Of a stretch of 64,000 nucleotides of DNA, positions 51,595 to 64,000 are shown one piece after another (the first letter of the stretch is position 1; each line of letters begins with the position of its first letter). The DNA comes from Hormiphora californensis (taxonomy: Eukaryota; Animalia; Ctenophora). The stretch covers positions 5,642,001 through 5,706,000 of the forward strand of contig CM035354.1 in assembly GCA_020137815.1 (NCBI GenBank). Reading direction: 5' to 3'. A program made the translations under genes and the position numbers. The notes under the pieces were generated by a model. It worked only from the letters and a program-made list of their open reading frames with translations, was not told where the DNA came from and did not search any database.

Positions 51595-54500
51595 TATCTT
51601 GTTTTGATATCCCTGTATTATTTCAGATCGATAGGAAAACAGTAGTAGGGGGGAAGGCGAACGAAGGGAATTTTTTTTTTTTTTTGGAAAGAAAAAATTT
51701 TCCCCTTTTTATAGGGGGGCCCCGGGGAGTGGAATACCATCACCGAAGAAAACCGAGGGGAAAAAAAAGAGAGAGGAAGAGAAGAAAGAAAGGAGGGGAA
51801 GAGAAAGATGAGGAGAAGGGGGCCCGGAAGAAAACAAACCCCAGAGGGGGACCCCCCTCCCCGACCCGAAAAGGAATTAGTATAGAGGGGGCCGCCCGCC
51901 ATTCGAAAATGAGGGGGAAGGGACAAAAAGGCCTTTCGGCAAAAGCGAGAAGCGGAGGGGGTTGGGGAAGGGAAAAGGGGGAAGGAAGGGGGATGGGGGC
52001 CTTTAGGGGTTCCCGATAGAGGGGGGGAGATGAGAAAAATAAAAGGCTGGTGAGCTTTGGGAGAAACGGGGAGGAGGAGAACTTGGGACCAAAGGGAGGA
52101 AAATAAGAGAGAAAAAGAAAAAGGGCCCCGGGGGGGAAGGGGGGTTTTCCCCCCTTTTTGTCCCCCCCATTCCCTTTTTTTTTTTCCCCCCCGGGCCCGT
52201 GGGGGGTATAATTTTATCCAGCCTTTGGCACCCAAATTTCTTGCTATGCATAAATTATAAACCACAGTTTCTGGGGTTTATAGTTTTTAAACCTTCCCAC
52301 CCACGAACCCCTTTAAGGATACACATCCCCGGTAAACCCAAAAATCCTCTGACCGGGGCCCAAATGTTTCTGACAATACTTTTCCTATAAACTTAAAATT
52401 GCCAAAAGGGGGTATTTTCCCTTCCCAAACCCCCTATTTTTCGGGAAAAAAACTTTCCTCAAATAAACCTGTAAGTCTGTATGTAAGCTCCATAAACTAG
52501 TTTAAACGTATGTAAAATATCGAGCTAAATTGATTATCCCCGGGTTTTTTTCCCGGTTTCCTTTTGGGGGTTTGAGGAAAAGGGAAAGGCCGAAAGAGTT
52601 TTCCGACCAAGTCTTTGTAAATAAACCCAAAATAAAGGGTCAACGTTGAAGAAAACCGCTTCTAAAAAGAAACCTCGTACATGCGTAAGTTACAAAGCCC
52701 ATTGCTGTATCGTTCTATCCTTGCTTGACCCTCTCTCTCTCTCACACACATAACAAGTGACTTTCAATAACCCCTCTTCAGCCGCCTCACAACTTCATCA
52801 ATGTGTCCCGACCTGACCTGGTGTGTGAGATTACTAACTGCACTGCACTGGAGGGCGACTTCGCATTCATTCGCTGTTCTTGTGAGTACAGACTGCCTCC
52901 TGGCCCTCTCTCCCTCTCACAAACAACCCCTCCCCCACATATATTACATACATGGCGACTATATATCGACAGTGACAAATAACAGACAGGCATTGGGTGC
53001 CGTAGTAATTAAAAAAGGAGGGACGTGGGCAGGCCCAGCTAGAGACACACACGCCTACAAGTCTCTCTCTCTCGCTATTGATTTTAACATTGAGTTTATT
53101 ACTCTTCCTCTCTGGCAGTTTTATTAATGTCCCCCAGACCCGGCGCCTACCTTTAATCATGAACAACACACTTCCAATACCCGGCATGCCCTGTGTTCAT
53201 TATAATCGTTTGTCTGTTAAAGATACTGAAGTAGGTCATCTGCAGATCTGATCCTAACTTTTAGCCAATCAACTAGATTGTTCCCCCTTTTCGTCGTATA
53301 CCCTTTACGTTGTATTCCATTTGTATACGTCACGTATTGACATTAAACCGTATGCCCTTCCGTCAACCCCATATCTTTCACTGTACCGAACCTCCCTTTT
53401 TTTCTTGCACATTGTTCGCTCCCCTTTATTTGACTGGTGCTTCATTTGGTCAGTATGTGATAGATTGACACTATATGCAGAGTGGTGCAGAACCTAACCT
53501 TATAAAGCATTATGGGTTAATGTTGCATCACTCATAAAATGACGACACTGAGAATGGTATCAGTTACCGATGAGCGGCGTCATGTGTTGTCCCACGCAGC
53601 TCTTATATAACTCTTATACTGATTCATTACATTACCGTGATTCTAATTTGTTCTTTCATTGTCCATTAATAAATGACGTAGTTATCTCCCTCCTGATTAG
53701 CCTTCAGATTGGACAGATCTAGGTGATAAAGAGCGGGGAGAGAGCACTTCAGTATCATGGTCTCAGCTGCTGCAGGGGTCCATATAGTGGGGGGAGAGGG
53801 GCATTTCAGTATCAGCAGAGGGGATCCATAATCCTGATTATATCTCATTAGTGCAATGACACCCCCGCTTCCAGTGGCAGTGTGTGTAACACCCCCGCTA
53901 CTTTGTTATGTGAGATGGATAGTAGCCCCACCCCGCTAATTGGGTAAATGAGATCGGTATGTGAAATAGGAACACGGTCTACACCAATTGGATACCACGT
54001 GCAGTAGTTTCTTGCAATCTTGTTTTAGTAATTTACCTTGCATGATGTCCCTTGGGTTGCCCATCTTCTTGTCTTGACTCTCCGGAGTTTGAAAGCTTAA
54101 CCATCTTGACGAGACTGCTGCAGTCTTGAATTGAAAATGCTATTTAGCACGTAGAATCGATTGCCGATTTGAGCTCTAAAACTTCGAGAATGTGGAAAAA
54201 ATCATTTTTTGACATTTGGTCAATTTCCCTGGCCCCTGTCGTCAAACAGCGTCAGATCAAGCTGATAAATTGATTAATTTCTACTTAAGGGTGCTGCCTC
54301 TCTTCCAGTACCTCCCACCTCACTCACTCTATAAGTGCCGACCAATTGGATGTTGCGATAGTTCCTTAATCCCAGCTGCACCCTCTAGAACAAGTAGAAG
54401 TACCTCCCACGACTCCCATCCCTTCTTTTCTATAGAAATGTATTCTTCGAGCCGAGGGGTTTAGATAATTTATTTGATAACCTCATTTGATCTTCGTCTG

Positions 54501-55669
54501 CGGTCTATCTCTATTCTCAATTTAACGATCTTTATCGTAGGTAGAATTGTTCAGAGAACTCGCCTAATAAGGTAATACGTGACCAGTTGCAAGTGTCCGG
54601 TTTGGCAGCTTGTTCATGTTGAGCTCTTGTAGAAGTGTTGTAGAGAGGAAGGACTAGCGGTGTGTTGAGTAGATGCTATACACACAATATTGTCCTAAGA
54701 TCTGTCTCCGCTGTAGCTACAGGCTATTAACAACACACCAATAGCTCCTTTGTTGTGCTCCTAGCCAAAGTACAATATCCCGTTTACCCCAATTATATCC
54801 TGTTTTTCGCGAGAGAACGATCTCGTCAAACACTTTTTATCTGTATGTTTTATTTAAACATGAGTCATAGCGACGACGTAGTGTCTTTATTTTTCATTTC
54901 CTCTAATTTCACAGTTGGGTTATTGAATCAACTGATGGTCCCCAAGTAGGAGATAACTCCAGCTCTAGTCAATTCTCACCCTGGCACTACGTAACAAGGG
55001 TTGTAAGGGCTATAAATAGAACTTTATCATCGTGTGCAACTGCAGTCTTGTTATGAACCCGCCACACAGAGTCATGTTAACCTCATTGCAGATCTCTCTG
55101 CTCTCCCGGAACCATACTTCACATTCCACATCTGGTTCCAATTGCTATTCTTGTTTGTAATGACGACATGATTCGGAATGATGTTGTTATGGTGATAGAA
55201 GCTTTTTCAATTCTCTCTTTCTTTTGGAGAGAGGGAATACGAGAGGCGAGAGAGAGAGACAGCGAGAGCGAGGAAGATGTAGGAGAGAGAGTAGAGGAGA
55301 GCACGAGGGAGAGGCGCGAAAGAAAAGGGAACGGCAGAAATTTTATATTTTTTTATTTTTTTTTTTATTACTGTACAGGGTGTTGTATCTCTCTTCATTT
55401 CATTTTATTATTCTGCCCATGGTGAGAGTGGAGAGATAAAGGGGAGAGTGAGAGAGATAGGAACAACGTGTTATTGTATAAGTGCGGGGGGAGCTAGATG
55501 TTTTATTACGGGCCTTAAATTTCTCCCCGGATTTGGGCCCCCCTTTTGGGGTTTTCGAAACTTTTTTTCATCATGGGCCAATTTCAATGGGTTTTTTCTG
55601 CTCTTCCATAGTTTGTCTCCTTAAAAAGTTCTACCCGCAGGGTTTTTTTCCCTTCCATATTCTAAAAGG

Positions 55670-56130
55670 GGGACTGTCTCCTTCCTAGTTTTACCTGCAG
55701 GTTTGTCTCCTTCCATGTTTTTCTCCTTCCATTTTACTGAGGTTTTCTCCCTTTCCCTGTTCACTGCAGGTACGTCCCCCTTCCCTGTTCTATGCAGGGG
55801 ATGTTCCTTCCAAGTTCTACCGCAGGTATGTCTCCTTCCATAGTTCTACCTGCAGGTATTGCCTCCTTCCATAGTTCTATGCAGGTAGCTCCTTCCATAT
55901 TTTTACTGCAGGGTATGTCTTTCCATATTCACCTGCAGGACTGTCCCTGCAAGTTTTACCTGAAAGGGATTGCCCTTCCCTGTTCACCGCAGGTTTCTGC
56001 TCCTTCCCTAGTCAGCAGGTACGTTCCTTCAATTCTACCCGCAGGTTTTTTTTGTTCCCTTTCCCAAATTCTACCTCGGTATGTTCCTTCCATAGTTCTA
56101 CCTGCAGGTACTGTCTCCTTTTCCCTGTTC
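55670..56130 (+). repeat. ~30-bp minisatellite (tctacctgcaggtatgtctccttccatagt)n, noisy
   Basis: Recurrent cctgcaggt and ctccttccat motifs. Confidence 0.8.
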
Positions 56131-59100
56131 TCCACCCCGTTTTTCCCCCATTAAAAAAGGAAAAAGGGAAAAAAAACAACCTTATGTAAAGTGGGGGGAC
56201 AAGTTTTTATCGGGCCCTTTAAACCCCATTTGGCCACCCCTTTTTTAACCCTTTTTTCATCATCCACTTTCAAGACGCCCCAAGCGCCCTTCCAACACCC
56301 CCATATTTCCCCTTTCCCAACTTAAAAAACGTCCCCCTATCACCCATATTTTCCCCCTTTTTTCCCCCAAACCGGGAATCCCTTTCCCTTTTACCCAACG
56401 GGCCCTTCCTGTTTCCCTGCAGGACCCCCCCTACCCGCGGCGCTCCTTCCAAAACCCCGGGATTCCCCTTTCCCTATCACCCCCGGACTTCCCCAAAATC
56501 AACTTCCCCAACACCCAGGACTGCCCCAATCAGAGGTAACCCCATGCCCCAGGACTGCTCCTTTCCCAACACCCCAAAGGCCCTTCAACACCCGGGTAAC
56601 CCCCCAATTCACCTTCAACGTCTCCAAATTTACCCGGAGCCCCCAAGTTACCCGAGGAGCCCAAAATTTGCGAAAAACCTTTACCCACCAACAAATAGTG
56701 GATCCCCCTGTTCTAACCCGGCCCCGGGAACCCAATCGGCATTAAATTATAACCCAAGGAATGTGAACAATGGAAAGCCGTGTATGCGGGGAAGGAAAAA
56801 GAAAGGTAGCAAAGGGGGAGGGGGGAGGGGGCGAGGGAGGAGGGGGAAAGGGCCGGGGGGCGGGGAGAGAGAAAAGAGGGAAGGGGGAAAGCGAGGGGGA
56901 GAGAGAGAGAGAGGAAAAGGGGGAGAGAGAGAGAGAGAGAGGGGGAGAGAGAGAGAGAGAGTGAAACCCCCAATAGCTATTTAGAAAGAATGAGCTAGAC
57001 GCCCCCCGTTTTTCTTAAAAAATTATTTGAACAATAACTCGAGAATGTAAGCCATGGTTAAACCTATCTATTCTAGTGGAAATTACTGTAAATTTAGCCC
57101 TTCTCTAAGATGCGGCCCTGTCTCAGGTTCTTAACAAGGTATAAGATGGGCCTGTCCAGTCCTAGAAGGTCTGTGTCGTCCTGCTAGGGACTAGGGGTCA
57201 GTAGGCATTAAGGAGCAGCGTTTGGACCTTATTTAATGGTTGGTGATAAAGTGGGTACCCCGCCCTTTTAGAAAAAGTGTCCCCAACTCTTATGTTTTTC
57301 CCTTTTTCCATCTTCTTCTTTTCTTTTCGCATATTAATTTTCCTTATTTTTTACCTCTCTCTCTTCTCTATTTTCTATTTTCTCTTCTTCTTCTTCTCTT
57401 TTTTTTCTCTTTCCCCTTTTTTCCCGGCCCTTTTAGGCGGGGTTCCCTTTTTTTCCTTTTCTTTTTCGTTTTTAACAGTGCTGATTTTTGAAAAGATGGT
57501 CGGGAACCGCCTTTTTTGTAAAGGAAGCATAGTCCTTTTTTGAAGGGCGGATGTTTTGCTCACAGCGATTTTATTTTTTTTATTTTCCCTAAAAAAATTT
57601 GTTTTCAAAAATTTAAATGCACCCTCGGTGCTACTCCTGAATCAGCAGCAGTAGCACTTCATTGCTTGATTTGAAATTGCGCAATTCATCTTCAGTAGCT
57701 TCTCCTTGGATATGTATCGTCTCAGTTTTGTTACATTTACTAAGCTATAATTCCTCTGGGTTTGTTTTGCCTTGCTCGACCCTGTTTCCCCGCACCTCGA
57801 TTTGTTAAAATTGAGCCGTCTGTAGATTCGCTGAATGTAGAATGTGCAATAATTTCAATCTAAACAATTCTTGTATATTCTGTTAAGCGTTGAATGGGTT
57901 CATGTTCCCTGAAAGTATAATTGATATGTCGTTCATGAAGCGGCGGGGTAGGTCCCGTGCCCAGTCCCTCGAGTGCATCTTCTCTCTGAGGGGCAAACCA
58001 GCGGAGCAGCAATCTCGCAAATCATCCCTTACTGGTGTTGTAGGTAATATACAGCTAATACAATAATAATGATACCTACATTGTTATACTGATCGCCAAC
58101 ATAATATTATGCAAGATTTTGTCGCGATCTGAGAGAAGAAGTATCTTGCTTCATCAATCATTATGCGGAATATTATTGCAAGCCCTAAAAAATTTTAAAC
58201 CCGAAAACCCTTATTCCCCCTTTTTATTTTAAAATTTTTAAAAAAATTTTTTTAAAAAATTTAAACAAAAATCCCCTAAAAAACTTTAAATTGAGAATTT
58301 TAATTTTGGTTTTTGAGCATACAGAAATTTACAAATTCCCCTAACATTGTTATTCGGTCCCTAAACTTTTTTTTTAAAACCCTTTTTTTCTTTTGTTTTG
58401 GCTAAAAATTTACCGAATTTAGGGGTTTTTGTTTTTTATAAAAACCCAAATGTGTCTTACCCAAAGGCGGGGAAAATTTTTATGGAGGGGAGGGGGAGGG
58501 GAGGGGAGAAGGGGGAAGGGGAGGAAGAAGAAGAGAGAGAGAGGAAGGAAAAAAATAAATTTATAAAAAGAAAAAAAATTTATGGAGAAGAAAATTGCAA
58601 ATAGCGGTTGGTATTATAATCCCGTGATGAAGTATGCTTTTTCTTTTATTTTTTATAAAAATTTTCCCGCAAAAAGTTTCTTTCAACTCTTTTCCTCTCT
58701 TTCTCTCCCCTTCCTCTCTTCTCTCTCTCTTCTCTCTCTCCTCTCTCTCTCCTCTCTCTTCCTCTTTTTTCCTCCTTCCCCTCTCCCCCTTTTCTCCCTC
58801 CTTTTTCCTTCTCTCTCTCTATCTCTCCCATGATACACACTGCCTCTCCCTCTCTTTGAATGTATCTGGAGCTAGCTGCCATTTTATATTTGCATGTCAT
58901 CTTTTCTTAGAGCTCTCAAGTCTCTTTCCACTCTCCCATTTTTATTATGTGGCCTGTTTGAGGCCTCTATCATGAGACCCCACTATTTGTATCTCTCTCA
59001 TGTTCTACTAGCTATTGGTAACCGAGTTACCAGAAAGGTCGGGGGAGACATGACGAGAGAGAGAGAGATAGTTTGGGGTTGTTAACATAGACTCTTAAAT

Positions 59101-59918
59101 TGGTAGTAAGTCATTCTCCTTTTTTTCTTCTTTCCACATCCATTGTTTTCGTGTTTGCCCCATCTAACCTGTCTCTACCTAATGGTTTAGCCCCCTGTGC
59201 CCGAGGAAAAAAAAAGGGCACCCCCCCCCCTTTTTTTTTCTTTCCTCTCTCTCCCCTCCCCTCTTCCTTTTTTTTCCCTTTTCCTTTCTTTCCCCTCCCT
59301 ACCCCCCCTTTTTGGTTAAAGTTTTTGGGGATTGTCTTCCCACCCAAAGAATTCCCGACCCCGCCTAAAAATCCCCCTTTTTATATTCTTTTTTTTTTTT
59401 TTTTTTCTAAAATATTCTGTACTTCTGTCCCATCCTTCCTAATAATTATAATCTTCATGTATTAGAAAGTTACACATGGTGCAGATGTTTATAATACATT
59501 TGAGACACCTGGTGAATACACGATACCCCTTTCCCCCCCCCCCCTTTTTTTTCCCCCCCTTTTTTCCTCTTTTTGACCCCCCCATCTTCTCCTTCTCATC
59601 ATTTCTCCCCCAATCTCCGTCTCTTTCTTCATCCCAGCTAGCCGAGTGTACTATTTACATATTAATCCATTTCTGCCCCGCTGTCTCTCTCCCCCTCCTC
59701 CCCCTCACATAGGTCCTCCTCCTCCTCAAGCTTTGTTTTCAATGTACACGCGACAACCACCGTGATGGCCTCCTCTCATATTAATCGATTATCCTCTACC
59801 TTCCTAATGTGCGTGCTAGGTTTTGTCGCATTTGTGCACACTTGTAAACACCTTTCATGCACACTCACGCCTAGTACTTGTCTATCATGCTACAGTTCCT
59901 TCAACCTACTCTCCTGAA

Positions 59919-60013
<95 letters not shown>

Positions 60014-60487
60014 TTCCTCAATCAACATCTCTTGCATAAAGCTGTAGGTTTTTACTGAAAGTATAGCATTTCTGAAACGCCCTAGAATTGGAGATTAATA
60101 GTATCGCCCTCTAAGTTGTGTGGCTCACACTGCGCTCTGTGAGGCAGATCAACTTGTAAGGTGCACTACAAGATATTGATAATGTATTAGGTTTTGTGAT
60201 AGAGGTCAAGTGACAATATATCAACTTGATATTGCTATCTATCTAGTATCCTGTGGATCACTTAGCACCTTTCACAGATATATCTGTATATATATATATA
60301 TATATATAGTGCAGTAGTAGATGTCCTATAGCCCTTACTTTTATTTTATTATATATATCCATGATCGTGACCACTGCCACGTATATCGGCCCTACAGGTT
60401 ATAGATTTCACTTCACTTTCGTTCTCTCTCTTTACCCTCATCGACATTTCTTCTCTCTCTCGCTCTCCATATCTCTCCATATCTCTC

Positions 60488-60541
<54 letters not shown>

Positions 60542-60620
60542 GAAGGAGGTAGCTGTGTAGTAATACCAGCCGTCGTGTCATAGAGTTAGGACCGACATAG
60601 TGATGAGAGTGAGAGAGAGT

Positions 60621-60669
<49 letters not shown>

Positions 60670-60920
60670 GAGAGAGAAAGAGAGAGAAAGAGAGAGAGAA
60701 AGCCGATGTATCGGGTAGATAATGATATTCACACAGCTGGTGTTTGATCCGATTTTCTCTCCCTCAGCCCATATGATGTCCCCTCACACTCCTACCACGC
60801 TATAATAATGGTGATCAGTGTGCGAGCTAAGAACCCGCCACGCATGCATGCTTCCCTTCCAATAGAATTGAACTTGACAAAAAATAAAAATCACCAAACT
60901 ATTCTTATCCTCTTTTTCGA

Positions 60921-60953
<33 letters not shown>

Positions 60954-62470
60954 TCTCTCATCTCTCCCCTTTTCTCCCCCACTGTCTCTTCTTCCCTTCC
61001 CTTACCTCCCCCTCCCTTTCGGTTTTTTTTGATTCGGCCCGCGTCACGTACTTAGAAATACCTTTTTTTGTGTTGGGAAAAGTACCTTTGTCCTGTTTGA
61101 CCGTTCAAATTTCCGTAGTATCATTATTTTTTTATTTGCCTTTTTATGGGCCCCGTAAAACCATAAAATATGATCGAGGGGGCGATCACCAGCGTCCAAA
61201 ACCCCGAGCAGCATCAGGGGTCGGAGGTACTCCCTCCCCAGTATGCCAGGTATGTTAAGTTGTTTGTCAGGGGGCCCATTTTTGGGGGCCCGGGGGTTCC
61301 CCTCATTTGGAACCCGTGGGGTTTTTTTAGGGGAATTAAAGGGGCCCGAAACAGAAAATGTTGGTGGAAACGGCCTGGATTACTGTCTCAAAATTTCCCA
61401 ATTTTCCCCGAAAAGGGGGGGAAACCTTTTTAAAAAACCCCCCAAAAAGGGGGGTCCCGGGGTATTAAAAAGTTACCCGCTTCGCTTTTTTGAAAATTTA
61501 TATTCGGGGGAAAGGGGTAGAGCTAAAAGGGAAAGGGGGGTTGGGCTTTTTTCAGGGGATTTGGCAAATTGAATTTAAAATTTCCAAATTACCCTTGAAA
61601 CACAGAAACTTTTAGTTTTTTGTGTTTGTTACTAAAACCCCGGAACCCCTTATTTATTTTATTTTTTATTTATTTTTGCGGTATGGTTTCCATATAAAAC
61701 TCCGGGTAACGCATTCTTCAGAAGAACTCTTTACGATCTTTCCGTTTCTTTGATCTCCCCTTCATAGCTATTCCCTCGATTGCGTCACGGCCTCCGTTAA
61801 AGTTAAAGAGGAGTTTAGGCTCATTTACTTTTCACACCACGTTGACACATATCAGCCCCCTCCTCCTGCCCACCTCTCCCTGACCATCTGTGGGTTGGAC
61901 ACATGGCAGTGAGGTCATGACTAATATTATCCCTCCTTCTTCTCGAATAATGTTCCAAGTAGCTCGGTTATATATTTAGGCTTTTCAGTTCCGTCAAACT
62001 TGCAGTGATTTGAAGGGGTTATCTAGCTTGTGTTATTATTGTCGTGGGAAGGAGAAGCGTTGTGTCTTCCTTTGCAACCTTAGTAACGGTAACTATAGCA
62101 GTGTGTCGGTATACGTGAACCCCCTCCCCCCGGGCCCCTCCTCTTATATCCTATCATGATTGTCAGGGAGCTCGATCTGATGCTTTTGGTGGTTAGTGAG
62201 AGATACAAGAGAGGGAGAGGTAGAAAATGATAGCACATGTTGTTGTTGTTGGAATTGATGGTGCGTTAGTCAAGGAAGTGTGTGTGTATGTATGTTCGTG
62301 TGCATCACCCACCACACGTAGTGCACAGTTATTATTAACTCTCTTTCTCTCTCTCACTTTCTCTCTCTTTCTCTCTCTTTCTCTCTCCCTCTGCTACATC
62401 CCTCCCGCAGTGTGCATTTTCCCTACTAATTGCCTTTTGCGTTGAGAGAGTGCCTTGTGCACATTTAGTC

Positions 62471-62657
62471 ATGTCTGATCCCCTGATGAGGCGCTACCAA
62501 GTTAACATGGCGGCCCTGGAGCCTCCAGAAATAACTCGACACTCCCATCAAACCCGAAATATTCCCTTTCGGCAGTATTCCGATACCCGGAAGTTCTCCT
62601 TCTTGCGGTTGGAGAAGGAGAAGAGATCCAAATCATTCAGTGATATCCGATCTACAG
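62471..62657 (+). CDS. Probable isolated exon of an unknown gene
   Basis: Protein-like ORF (MSDPLMRRYQVNMAALEPPEITRHSHQ..RKFSFLRLEKEKRSKSFSDIRST) ending at a strong donor CAG|GTAAGA. Confidence 0.45.
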
Positions 62658-64000
62658 GTAAGATATCGCCTGATGATGATTCCCTGGCAGTAGTCCCATA
62701 TTATCATTGACCATTGATCATGAGAACGGTTTTGGTTTTGGGGGTCCCTTTTGGCCTATTTCAGGAATAAAATCCTCCATTTTCACGCAAATTTTTATTA
62801 ATTTGAGAATTAAAATGATTTAGAGTTTGTATGGGGGGTTTTAAACTCCCAATTTTTTCTCCGGGTGCCCGTAGTGGCCGTGTTCATAAGTTTCCTTTTT
62901 AAAATTTGACCTCATGCATTCTTTTGGAAGGGGGCCTAAAAGTTTTGGGGATTTTTTGGGCATCCCTAGGGCATCAGAAAGGGCCCGGGGGCAACCCGGG
63001 GAGAGGTGTCCCCCTGTGGGTTTTCGAAATTCCATTCTCCCCTTTTTTTCCCCGGGGTTTTTGGGGAAAAGGGAAAAACCCCCCCGGTGGGGCCCCGCTT
63101 GGGGGGATTTCCTTCCCCCCTTTTTCCCCCCCCCCGGGGGGGCCCCCCCCCCCCCTCCAAAAAGGGGCCCCCCCAAAAAAAAAATTTTTTCCCCCCCCCT
63201 TTCATTTCCTTCTCGTCACAAACTTTAACTCAATTAACCGTAACAAGCTCATTCTCTGCTCACGGTTTTACTTTCTCTATTTTTCCTTTATTTGAGTTTT
63301 TGTTTCCCGAAAAACGGAGGGAACCATTGGAGTGTGGCTCGCTGCACTAATTCATCTCTCGCACACACATACAGTTGAAATTTTTTTGGGGGAGAGTGAA
63401 GTGGGTTGAGAGTGGGGGGGGAAAAGGAAATGGGGGAGGGGGGAGGAGGGGGAGAGGGGGGGAAAGGAAGTAAAAAAGGGGGAGGAGGAAGAGAGAGGGG
63501 AGAAGGGGGACGGGGGGGAGAAACGAACGGGCGATTCCCGGAAGAGGCCAATTTTCATCATTTTAAATTTTGGGTCCCCTTCGCTTCCGCCCCCCCAACC
63601 CTACCTTCGGGACCAGGCTACTGGAGACAGACCAAATAATGAGGGGGAGGAAGAAAGATAGAGAGAGAGAGAGATGGATAGGAGGGAAGGAGTAAGATAG
63701 ATGTAGAGAGGGGGAGGGGTGTCTCTCTTTCAGCTGGCTAGTTTTCCGTTTATTATTGTCTTCACAACAAACTTCCGCACTTTAGCCCGCAACACCTCCC
63801 ACTTTGCCATTGCTTTTGTTTCACGCGGTATTGATTTCCCCCACCCCCACATAGATAACGCGGGGGAGATCAGCTGCTCTGTTAAACACCGCTCCCCCAC
63901 AGTTCCGACTATATACAGCAGAAGTTGTATATTATTAAACACACCGGTTGCTGACTTTTTTTTCCCACTCATTCATTCGTCCAAAACTCGGAGAGCTCTC

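Noticed and set aside
50397-51645. CRISPR-like array or repeat-protein ORFs
   Set aside because: Head-to-tail 24-bp satellite with no unique spacers and no cas genes, in a eukaryotic context.
47590-52620. Many F/P/K/G-rich ORFs (also 39300-40245, 55500-59600, 61020-61700, 62730-63600)
   Set aside because: Homopolymer-inflated sequence typical of low-quality long-read consensus; the translations are compositional artefacts.

Overview
Eukaryotic (animal-like) genomic DNA with short GT-AG introns, many (CT)n microsatellites and non-autonomous DNA transposons. A ctenophore or similar invertebrate is my inference only. Bases 1-14.3 kb are a dense, co-oriented + strand cluster: the 3' part of Ku70 (XRCC6), two paralogous uncharacterised genes, and an NKRF-like gene (XTBD, dsRBD, G-patch, R3H). 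The two uncharacterised genes together carry five copies of a ~190-aa module that resembles a divergent dsRBD plus an R3H-like domain, apparently derived from the neighbouring NKRF C-terminus with the G-patch lost. This is the best candidate for an undescribed system. Downstream are a class A GPCR, an SV2/SLC22-like MFS transporter, an EamA/SLC35G-like transporter, an intronless dynamin-related GTPase and exons of an unknown gene. Repeats include a 1.3-kb TTAA-flanked foldback element, several TIR elements, spacer-less palindromes and a 24-bp satellite whose unit contains an RFX X-box-like motif. Several genes have single-base frameshifts, and parts of 39-64 kb look like unpolished long-read sequence, so assembly error limits interpretation. 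All calls were made by eye, with no database search.
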